From Phoronis australis (Eukaryota; Animalia; Phoronida): a stretch of DNA of 64,000 bases. The first letter of the stretch is position 1; the number at the start of each line of letters is the position of its first letter. The notes beneath the pieces were generated by a model. The model saw only the letters and a program-made list of their open reading frames with translations. It did no database searches and was not told where the DNA came from. The DNA lies in the NCBI GenBank assembly GCA_002633005.1, contig NMRA01000586.1, forward strand, positions 180,212 through 244,211, given 5' to 3'. The position numbers and the translations under genes are program-made. Shown one piece after another: positions 24,801-36,800 of this stretch.

Positions 24801-27800
24801 AGTGAGGAAATTTGGAGTTCAAAGTTTTCAGTTGATTTTCATTGTTTTTGTCATTTCCCTCGGGATTTTTACCATGATGATGGTTTCGATGAAATTTTTG
24901 CAAATTTCCACAAAATTTGTCATTTCTGAAAACTGATTTTTGTTACATGACAATTAATTGTACTCAATAGCTTTACGTTTTGGCTTGCTGTGGAGAAATA
25001 TCGCCTCTAGGTGGTGCTGTGTTTTGTTGAATCTACTGTCATACTGTTTACTATATGGTTGTGTTTTACCCATAAGGCTGTTGTCTTCCAGGCCAGGCGC
25101 CACGTCTCCACCTTATGAAACTGAGATATCTGCTGTGGTAAGTTGACTGACTTGAAGTGATGAAACTGTGGCTGACACAAACTGCTACCAAACATATTTT
25201 GCTGAGAATTCAGTATCCCCTATACATACCAGTAAAGCAGGATGTTGTATGTTATTGGCCCATTTGATTTTGCTTCAAATTTTGTACGACTTGTGAGCTT
25301 ACTGGTAAATCAGTGTGAGTCATTTCTGACAAATGATCGAGTGTAATGGTTTGAATGAATCGCACGGTGTATCTGAGAGTGTACTCTGCACTGAGGTGAA
25401 CCATGACTGGTTGCATTCAGTAAAGCCACTCTCTTGTCACTGAGGTGAACCATGACTGGTTGCATTCAGTAAAGCCGCTCTCTTGTCACTGAGGTGAACC
25501 ATGACTGGTTGCATTCAGTAAAGCCACTGTCTTGTCACTGAGGTGAACCATGACTGGTTGCATTCAGTAAAGCCACTCTCTTGTCAGTGCATCAATTTCT
25601 GTATCTTGTGCATTAGACATTTCACCATGTTTAGCTGGACGGTTAAAAAGTAAAAATGGAACTGGGCATTTTACTCTTATGAAGAACGTTTCTTTAACAA
25701 TCCTTACCATGATAGGATTCTTTTTCGTTTGCCAACAGCAACATTGAGGCCAACAGCAACATTGAGGTCATCAGCAACATTGAGGCCATCAGCAACACAG
25801 TGAGGAGGCAGTGTTACCTAAACAAATCAGTGTTCATTTCCTGTACTCGAGGTCATGGGTTCCAGTCCCGCTAACACACCCTGCTAGACCCTTGAGTTAG
25901 GTTTCTGGCTCCTCATCTCGGTTTTAACTATATTGTTAATAAAGCATGAATTTCAAAATTGTTCCAGTTGATCAGTGCAATGGGTCCACATGAATGATCC
26001 TCCTGCAATTTTTTTCGCTGCAACTCCAGAAAACGCTTCAGTCTTAATTAGGGTTAGCCAACTCTAACTTTGCAAATTCAAAAATGGTGCATGCATTGCC
26101 TGTGAATTGAGTTGGTGAAGAACATAAAATATCATAATGTTAAGCAAAATGAGACGAGTTTTAAGAGCCACCGAAACAGGGGAATTGCAACTTTAGCAAG
26201 ACAATGGTCATCTGTCTCAAGTGTATACTGCAATCGTTCATGACTATGAGAGCTTGTCAACAGGTCTTACAGTATAATGAGTGAAGTTGTATGTTGACCT
26301 TCTATTTCCTTCAGGATCATGACAGTGATTGGGCCGATGACGTCGCTCCTGAGGAAGAAGATTCTGCTGCAGAGGATTCCGTAAGTTCAACATGGCCGTA
26401 GACACGTGAATCCTTGTAAAGTCGTGACTCTGTAATACGGTAAAATCTTATCAATTTCGGACACAATATGGCCGACAGGAGACATTTTGTTTTCTCATTT
26501 TTTCCATAAAGGATGTGTAGCACCAAGTTGAAGGCATTACTTTCTGCCAACCATGAAGACACGGTATACCACTGAGGTCTTGGGACCACCGGTTGATTAC
26601 AGAAATCCAAACAGACTAGGAACGCTCTTACCCAAACTTTGCATTGCACGTGCAGGGATTTCTGTAATTGCCAGGTGATCCCGAGAGCCCAGTGGACTAG
26701 AGAGTTTGCACAGTTAGCAGAAACTCCCCTGTTGGAAGCCTGGTCAGGGCAGAGATTTTTTCAGACTTAATTATAGGTCACTTGATGCGACCAACATGTG
26801 GTGTTTGTGAAGAATATTGATTCTTACTTATACAACATCAACGTGCATAGTTACGACAACACAGTTATTATGACTAGTTATACTGTATTGCTGTGTGCTG
26901 GCGTCCTTGCTCTTCTCAGGATAAAGAGAGTCTCAACGGTTATTGTAACTAGTTATAATGTATTACTGTGTGCTAGAAGTGTCTTTTGTTGTTCTCAGGA
27001 TGAAGAGAGTCTCAACAGCAAGCTGTGTACATTCACTGTCACTCAGAGAGAGTTTATGAATCAGCACTGGTGAGTAGAGTAAGTCGCCATCACCAATCAC
27101 TTGTCTGGGATTGCTTGTTCATAGTTTGAACATTAGGCAGGTGGTGATCATCGAAGTGTTCATTCAAGGAGTGTTTGTCCAGCGACTGAACATTTTGCAC
27201 TCGCTTCTCCAAACTTAATACTCTAATGTGTAGGCTTAGTTCAATTTTGAAGTTGTACAAACTATTATTGTAAGTAATTAACCCATCGCATGCAAAAGCC
27301 AAGTCTAACTGTTATAAGACTTGCAGACAGTGCTGCCACCCTCAGTCATCTCCCCCAGTACTGTCACACCTGTATACTCTCCAGGTACCACTGTCACACC
27401 TGTAAGATGGTGGACCGTGTAGGTGTATGCAGCGTGTGTGCCAAGGTATGTCACAAAGACCATGATGTCACCTACGCCAAGTTTGGCTCCTTCTTCTGTG
27501 ACTGTGGCGCCAAGGAGGACGCCAGCTGCCAGGTAAGACAACTATTATATAAACTATGAAAAGGGTCGAAATTGGCTAAATTCAGAGCATCACGTCGCCA
27601 AATTGACTGGTTGACTTCATATGATACTGTCGCATTCTATGCTTGATGCACTGTTTTTAGGAATAATTTTTGTTTTGCAAAGTGTTTCAATTTTACATGA
27701 AGGATATCAAAGATAGGACTGTTTTGATTTTCTTGAATAAATGCAAAGTTGCAGACAGTCGAGTACAAAGAATAACAGAGTGTTTTTGAGGTTTTATCTT

Positions 27801-30800
27801 GAACATTTAAATCAAATGAAATTTGGTCAATCAAGTTACTGATACAACTGGATTTGGTCCCAGTGTATATTTCATTTTTGCTAAATTTTACTAAAAAGAC
27901 ATGGTCACGTGACCCAATTAATGACATATTGGTATTTGGCTAAAGATCACATTTTATAAGCTATCTACTAAAATAATTTTACCTGAATGTTTGGCTAAAT
28001 TGAACGACATGTCAGGAAGGTCCTACATAGCCCTTTTAACATGTCAGTTTATTTTGTCAAAATTCTAACTTCAGTTAGTAAAAGAATACATTTTATGTAA
28101 GTGGAAGGCCTTTAGAAGTTGACTTTTAAATGTTTAAAAATATTAGCAAAGTACATTGGGAACAAAACTACATTCAATAAAATGGCCAATTTCATTTGAT
28201 ATCTGTAAAAGTTCAATATGAAGTCTCAAAGTTGTTACGATTTTCTGAATTTCAATTTTGTGTTCGCATTACGCCGCTTTCGATTTTTATCATAAAAATC
28301 GTACTAAATTAAAGTCGAATTTTTATAGCTCCACATGCTGAGCTGATAATTTTAAAAGCAATTTACTCCGACCTTAAGCTTATTGGTGAACAGTGCGTAT
28401 AACTTAGTGAGAATTGCAAAGATAAGCCCACCTAAACGTATGCTCATCTGCATATTTTTGGTAGTTGGGCGTGTTGCTGTGAGGAATTTTTGGTTATTCG
28501 CTTAGTTCAGGTTTTATGCGTCGAAATTAACTCGTAAAATACAAGGCATTTGTGCAAAAAACAGCTGTCTTAGTAGTATATTGCTCAGTATGTAAAAACT
28601 AGGCATTTTAAAGCAAAACCCCAACAGCGTTTTGTGACATAGCTTAATGTTTTTTTATAAAAGTTTTAATAAAATCGGCTGAGGGGTTGTTTTGTTATGA
28701 TAGAAGTTTTCTTGCACGTGAAAATTTGACTTTACGTTTGATGATAATAAGTAGTTAGAGGCATATTTTTACAATCCTCGTTCTTTCTCCTTTCAGAAAA
28801 TATATACTTTTGATGGTTCACAAAGCATAGTTTTTTGTTATTTGATTTAGGGTTGAGATCCTTTATTGAGATCCTAGATAACCTTAAGCAGCATCATAAA
28901 ATGTTTGATGGAATTTTTGAAAATGCACTTGGCATAAATTCGGTTTTCAAAAGTAGTTTTCCAAAGAGCTGCTCATGGGCCTGTTTTTGGGAATTCCCAA
29001 TAGTATCGGAAACTTTCCCATGAATCTAACTATTAACCACTCCACTCCTGAAATATCACGTTCTGAAGTTGGGCCAAATTTTTATTTTTTCGAGGGTCCT
29101 GCATAAGCTTAAAGAAATTTTAAAGCAAAATTTAATCTATATTAGATACATAAACTTGATATTTTTTAAATAAAACTTCTTTTAGGTTGTAGTGAACAAA
29201 ATATTGTTTTTTATTGCGTCTTTCTATTGAGTTGCTTGGAAGCAAGAGGTCTTTTATTGTATACTCATAATGGTGGTTGCTGCCCCTGCTCATAATGGTG
29301 ATTGTTTCCCCTGCTCATAATGATGGTTGTTTCCCCTGCTCCAGGCTCTAGTCAAGCGCAGTCAGACCAGTGGACTAGACAGTACGCTGAATGGTCAGAC
29401 CTCTTCCCCGTTCTCCATGGACACCATATTACAGAGCTCCATACGGAAGCGCATGACGACACCCGAGACAACAGAAAAGGACGTTACGAAGGCTGTGGGT
29501 CAGGTGTCACGTGCTCAGGCCGCCCTCTGTAGGCAGATTGAGGTATGACACTGAAGCGAGCTTGCTTGAATAACGGGTTCTATTAGCCATTATTCAAGCA
29601 CAAAATGGAGAGTACTCAATTCACGATGGTATTTCTGAAGATTACAGAATATGGATATCTAATACCACGTGGTGCAATTCAAGTGTAAAGCTTGAATACA
29701 TATAAACTGATCAGTCAACTTGACCATGATTGATCAGATTTAGTTATCATAACAGATGAAGTATGAGTATTTTGTGTACAAATGTTCTTTGAAAGAAATA
29801 ATATATATTTGTGTACCATACACGCCTGAGGCATGAACACAAAATCTTGTGACATGCTGTTTGTGTGTTGAGGTATAGGTTATGCAGTGTCATCGCTGTC
29901 CTAGCTGTTTGCTGTTAAATTTCACCAAATTTTGGTGACCAAGAGCTCCAGTAAATTTTCTTGAAAAGTCACATCAGTACGTGTACAGTCGAATACTGAC
30001 CTCTTTGTATATCAGGGCTGCCGTGATGTCCTGACTGCCAACTCTGACGCTGCCAAGGCCATAGAGACAGTTTTGGATCTATTAGGTTCTCTCATGCCCC
30101 CTATCACGGAGAACTACCTCAAGACGTCGCCTGTAGGTAGCACCACCCGTGCACAGAAGGCCCTTCACGATCTTCACACGCTGCGGAAGACAGTGACCTC
30201 TAGTGACCAGTTGATGGTGAGTTATACTGTCCTCAGATGGCTGTAATTAAAATTTCTTAATAGTTTGAGTTTCCCCTATTTTTTGGAGTTCATCTGCAGA
30301 AATGATGGTTATTGTCCTGGTCGGAAATCTTAAGATAAATGGACACGGCTTGATTGCAAAGAAGTTATTTGTTGTATTACAAATGATGCTGCTGTGTTAT
30401 TGTGTTGCTGTGCAATAAAAAACAAATTCTTCCAGCGCCTCGGCTGCTGTAAGGATTCTTAGGAATTTCAACTTTGGTTTTCGTATTGGGATATTTTCAC
30501 ATAGTCATTGGAATTATAACGTCTATATTGTAATTCAGTTACCGTGGCTCTATAGGCAGTTAATGTAGGTGTTTGAAGGCGTTAATTGCAAATCTTTTGA
30601 CAGGAATTCCGAAAAAGGTCACCCAGGAAGATAGACAAAGTAATGAAGTTTGTCAATTTCACTGTTGGCTTTGAACCGTTCATTTCTCGTACAAATTGTT
30701 TTAATTTGACTTGAAAAGTTGTTAGTTTCGTTTTTGTTTGCTTCACTGTGCCACGGCTCTCTCGGATCCCAGGATTAAGCTTAAACTGACATTAACACTG

Positions 30801-33800
30801 GTTATAAGATGCTTTATAAGATCTCGGGAGATGACAGTGGAGAAGTGGGTAAAGAGGAGTTTTAGGTGAAATAGTTGGGTTTCTGTGAAGTCGCGTTTGG
30901 AATGTTGATGAGAAATAGGAGACACCTGCTGTGTTGATTGTCGTTGTTGAGGTTACGCGTGATCTTACTGGCAAGGCTGTACATTTAGCAAAATATCGAC
31001 AAAACTACAGAAGTTGGCTCAGCGAAAGTATTTTCTGAATTTCAGCAGAAATTCCATAGAGTTTGATGATTGGCATCATACCAATCTGCCATTATTAAGC
31101 TCACATCACTTTGCTTTTTTAGTAAAAATTTAGCAGAAATTATCTACATTCTCAAGGTAAAATCTTATGAACACTGGTACTGTTTCCTAGGTTATTGTTT
31201 CATTTTCATTTCAAGCGCCTTCAAAGTTTTTTTTTATGAAAATCTTATTAGTCCTAGTGTTGATAGTCCTGATATGCAAAATTGTAACATTTTAAAGACC
31301 ATTCCCAACAACATTTTGGAGAGGAGTGCATACAGCGTAGTATCTGAGCTTTTCATCTTGGTGCTACTGTTACTACTGAGATAGGATGTCCTGAATTTGG
31401 CCAAAACTAAACATTTTTCTAAGATCCTTCATAATTTAAACCATTCAACAGTTTCGGTGAGTAAAAGTCACTCTCTTTTTAAACCTAAAAACTATGGATC
31501 TCTACGCTTGAAAATCAGGAGTATTGCTTCTCAATAGAAAGTTTACTTGACAAATGTCTTTGTGAATGAAAGAATTAATTTTATTTAATTATTTTACAAT
31601 GAATGTGTTTTAACAGGTTTTAAATATGAATATTGCATACAGTAGTTCAAGTATAACACCCGGCCCATATGGCTTTCTATTCACTGCTTGCAGTGTAAAA
31701 ATGTACTTTTATTTATGTTTCAGAAAAGTATTTTAATTATTACGAAAACATTTCTGATGAATTTGAAAAGTTGTCAAAAAAGTTTCTAGCCTCATTTTAT
31801 TCAGGGAGTGGAAACGGTTCCATGGCTACAGTATAAATTCCGATCCTTTAAGCTTCAGTCCTGGACCTGCAGTATAAATCCCATGTCCCTTCACTCCTCA
31901 CACTCGCCTAAAAATCTCCATACACGACCACCAAAATCCAGATAGCTCACTTCGGAATTGTACGAAGAATCGTGACTACCCGCATGAATCAGTCCCAAAC
32001 AGGGGCTAGACTAAGTTATCAAAATCTTCTGTGCATTTGTGTCTTTGTTTATTAACAATGATTTTCTGTCACTGTATCTTTGTTATGAGCTCCTGTTTTA
32101 CGTTTATCTTTTTCTAAAATTTACCCATTATTATTTCTATTCAGATAAAACAATATTACGAATTCAATGTAGATTTCACTCTCTGCGTGTATGAACACTA
32201 GAAATTGACAAAATTGTCATAGAAAGGACAATCAGTGTTTTCACAAGACCTCAATTAGCGTAAAATGTTAAAGAACATAGCTGAGTCCCTACTGGGAAAT
32301 GTTTGTTGAAACCAAACATTTGGTCACTGTCTGATAAGCACTGTTCTTGGGCAGCAGGGTAACGGATCTGGGGATTTGTGCCGCCAGTTTGGTGTGTACT
32401 GTGGACTGAGGTTTAGAGGATTGTAGCTGTAATTTAGAGGCGCGGCCATGGAGTTGTTTCCTCTCCTTGATACACTGTTTATCAGAAATGGTTGTGTGGA
32501 GTATAAAGGCACACAAAATAAAGTTGGTTTGTTCAACACTGAGGTCATACAAGTGACTTTATTTAATGAGCTGTTTTCTTATTCAATATTTGTGCACACG
32601 TTTTGTTTTCGTTTCTGTTGTAACCTTGCATGGGCTGCTAAGTCTCCGAATATAAAACTTGGAACTCTTGTTAATTTTGCCGCCAATCATTCAAACAAGG
32701 CTTCTTTCTATGGTTAGTTTCTGTGCAATGAAGTGCAGACTAGTGATGCTTTGTTCAACATTTACTATAAGTCAAAAATGATGAATGATGAAGTTTCTTC
32801 AAAATATTTTGGATAGCAACAAGCTAAAATTGGACTCCACTTTGTGGTTGTGTTGTCTTTAAGTTATTTTCTTACTGTTTAACTAGTCGCGTTCTCTGTC
32901 CACAGACAGCCACGCTGGGCTCACAAGAGGGCGCCTTTGAGAACGTCCGCATGACTTACAGCGGAGAACAGGGTCAACAGATCCGCCAGCTAGTCACGTC
33001 TCACGTACTGCGGCGCGTTGCCATGTGTTGCCTGGCATCACCACGGGGACGACGACAACATCTCGCTGTCAGTCACGAGAAGGGGAAGATAACATTACTC
33101 CAGCTGTCAGCGCTACTGAAGCAGGCGGATTCGAGCAAACGTAAACTGACATTAACAGTAAGTTGAGATATTGAAGTGACAACACAGCTATTCTCGTGAC
33201 TGGCAACTTTTTTTTACAGCATTGTGAGGTGAAATGTTATGTGGCGATGCTGTAATTGTCGTTATTGACAAGAAAATTTAAAACTATAACGGTGTTTTGG
33301 TAGTTTTACTGTGCCTCCTGTAAGCATGCTTTAAATGTTCAACTTAAAGCTGTTAATTGGAATATCTTGTTATTTTAAATGTCACATTTATTTGTTAGGT
33401 GGAATATCTTGTTATTTTTAAGTGTCAAACTTAAGGTTGTTCAATGAATTGTTATTTTAAGTGTCAAACAGTGTTTAGATGAAATGTCTCGTTATTTTAA
33501 AGTCCCATGCTGCACTAGTTAGGCCAAGCAAAGGTTGCAAAGTTCAAACTTTAATAAATCAAAATAGGGGTGTTGAATCTTCCATTACGAAATCAGTGAA
33601 ATGGAATGCTAAATATATTCAGTTGTAACATTAAGAACCAAAACAAAAGGTTCTACTCTAAAACTTGAATCAAAGAAAGCGTTCCACCCTAAATTGTGAA
33701 CCAAGTCAAAGGGCTCCACCCTAAAACTTGAACCAAATCAAAGTGTTTCACCCTAAAACTTGAACCAAAACAAGGGGTTCCTCGCTAAATCGTCAACCAA

Positions 33801-36800
33801 AAATCAAGGGTTCCACTCTGAAACATGAACCAGTGATGTCGTTACCTGCATTCTCTATTTTACGTTTTCTTCCCTCCAGCGACTATCCTCTGCACCAATC
33901 CCGTTCACTGTGCTGTCAATCATTGGTAATCCTTGCAACGAAGACTTCCTGGCTGTGTGCGGTCTGAAGGTAAGTACAGCGATTAATTGGACAACATAGC
34001 TCTCCAAGTGATATTTAAAGTGCATTTTTAGGAAATTATGATTGGCTTTGTTGAAAATATCGTGTTTACTAATTATATTGACTTGTCATTAGAACTTTGT
34101 TTTATATATGGATTTTAATTTTTTTGGATGATTTCAGGGACATGAATCAATTATCGTCATTGTTATAAGGAATTTGTAAAGACTGTTAAAAAGTCTCAAA
34201 TTGCAAGATGTACATTCTGCCCTTGTCTTCTTGGTCCGTCATGCTGAGTATAATTGATAAGATCATTCAAGTGAAGGCCGTTTTCATGTTTTCTCAATAT
34301 TAAAGAGTTGTTTGCCAGCTATTAGCAGTTGCAGAGACATCGCCACCTAGTGGTGGAGTTGATGGTTTCAACTGTTACTAGAGCACAACACCACACCTGG
34401 AGTATGGACTCCTGCTCCATACATGGCCCTGTATGATTGCGCTAATTTGCATAATTTGTGTGCAGTTGTGTGTTAATGTACACCACTTTGTTCATCTTTG
34501 ATGGACAAGCAAATCCAAAAAACAAAATAATATAGCTGACATTTCATTCTTCCCCAGGACTGCCATGTACTCACCTTCAACAGCTCAGGCAACGTGGCTG
34601 ATCACCTGGTACTCCATCCAGCATTAGAGTCGGCCAACTTCATCATCAAGGTATTTGTCTGTGTTGTGTCAAGAAGCACTCGCGTTTCCATGGCAACATT
34701 TCCAAGCAATTCACATTTTGTTTTGATGGTTTTAATAACTGTGGTAATCTGGTAATTGAAGAACGGAAATTATAGACAGTTTTGTAAGGTAAAAGTATAC
34801 ATTTTGTGATAGTAGAAAGCTCGTAGAATTCAATTTTTGACGTTATACCAATCTGCCATTTAATGAGTCATATGACCGAAAAAGAGAAAAGGCATATTTA
34901 TAGCAATACAGCAAGTATCACTTTTCAATAACATCTTGGAAATTTTGTTTAATGCTGTTCATTACAATATAAAGTCTCAGAAATGCATATTCTTAATTAA
35001 TTATTATTTTGTTTTCGTTTTAGTCCACTTAATTTGAAATTGGCATGAAGATTTCTTCATACAGGCCTTGTGGCTGTGCTTACTTATCTCCCCTGTCTCT
35101 TCCTGCAGGCCCTCTGGCTGCCCGGTTCTCAGACCCAGCTAGCAATCGTCACTGCCGACTTTGTCAAGATCTACGACCTGTCAGTGGACGCCATCAGTCC
35201 CCTGTATTACTTCCTGCTGCCTACGGGCAAGATCCGCGACGTCACATTCCTGTTCACAGAGGACAGTCACACGATGATGTTGATGTCCTCGGCAGGCTAC
35301 ATCTACTCACAGGTAGTGTGTTCAGCAACACTTTTAATCCACACAGAGGCAGTATTTAATCACAAACATATAGGCATATCGTATGATGTGTGAAATAGCC
35401 TTTTCTGTGAGACCACAGGGTAGTGAATGTCTGATAGGAGCAGTGTTGAATAGGTCACCACAGAAGAGAGAGGGAAAGGCTGGTAGTTGTAGTAGTAGTG
35501 AATAGGGCACCATTTTGTGATGGTGCTGTTCATGTCTTTGTGTCTCAACTAAGTTTTCTTGCAGCGACACTGCATGCTGGGAATGTAAGGCAATACAACA
35601 GGGCGGCATTAAACTTCGCAGTTTTCGACATTGATATAATCAGTGTGATGTTCCAGTCATGTTGTAGAGACCCAATTTACAGTGTTACTACTCAGAATAT
35701 GCCTAACCATGTTGACTGCGTTGTGTCTCAGGTAATGGACGCATCAAGTAGCGCAAGTCACGGGCCGTTCTACATTACCAACGTCATCGAGGTCAAACAC
35801 AATGACCTGAAGGAGACTGGCGGACAAGTGGCAGGGGGCGGAGCCTCCATCTATTTTTCACACGCCATGCAGCTGGTAGTGTTCAGCTATAGCCAGGGTA
35901 AGTGGAGATCTGTGGCCACTGTAGGAGAAACCCACTATGTGGAGCTTTGATGGTGTACTGAATGATTACAACATTACTAGGGATTTGGTTGTTTTTAACT
36001 GACTGACTAGTGCTTGTTGGAGGTATGCCCGTTGCTTTATTTGCAAAATCCTTCAGAGGTGGAAAGTTGAAGCAAAATTTTCACGTTCATTTTCATGTTC
36101 ATTTTCATGATTTTTTCAACTTTCTGCTGGGTTTTTGTCATAACTTTGACAAATTCAAGTAAAGTTTGACAAAAATAATCAACTATATCATCTTTTCTTT
36201 GTCAGTTTAGCCTGCTGTGATTGAGACACATTTTGGTGGAATTAATACTTTCCGTGTATACTCCCCTCCGTGTTTTGTTCCTTTAAGTTCCTGGTGGCCC
36301 CTTCATCAACAATAATATGATGTTGGTACTTGACCTCCTCCTATGTGTTTTGTTCTTGTAAGTTCCTGGTGGCCCCCTTCATCAACAATAATATTATGTT
36401 AATACTTGACCTCCTCGTCCGTGTTTTGTTCTTGTAAGTTCCTGGTGGCCCCCTTCATCAACAATAATATTATGTTGGTACTTGACCTCCTCTTACCACT
36501 GCAGGCAAGACATTCCTTGCTCCTGTCCCTGCGTCCATGGAACAGATGAAGACGGTGTTCCCTGTACCCTTCAAGAGGTTAGATCTTTTTCAGTACTTCC
36601 TCTTGGTTTCCATGTATGTGCGTAACGTTTGTGTTTTTATCATATCTTTTGTTCATGGACTCATAAACAGACTCAGCTATTCCTGATGCAGTCGTTCTTT
36701 GTTAAACATGAGATTATTAAATAGTTTCTGACTCAACCTCAAGATATTTCTCTTCATATTATATAGGTACGCCATCTCTTGGTCAAATGGTGAACAATTC

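Noticed and set aside
27560-29230. AT-rich intron segment that may be transposon-derived
   Set aside because: No matching terminal repeats or coding remnant could be established by eye.
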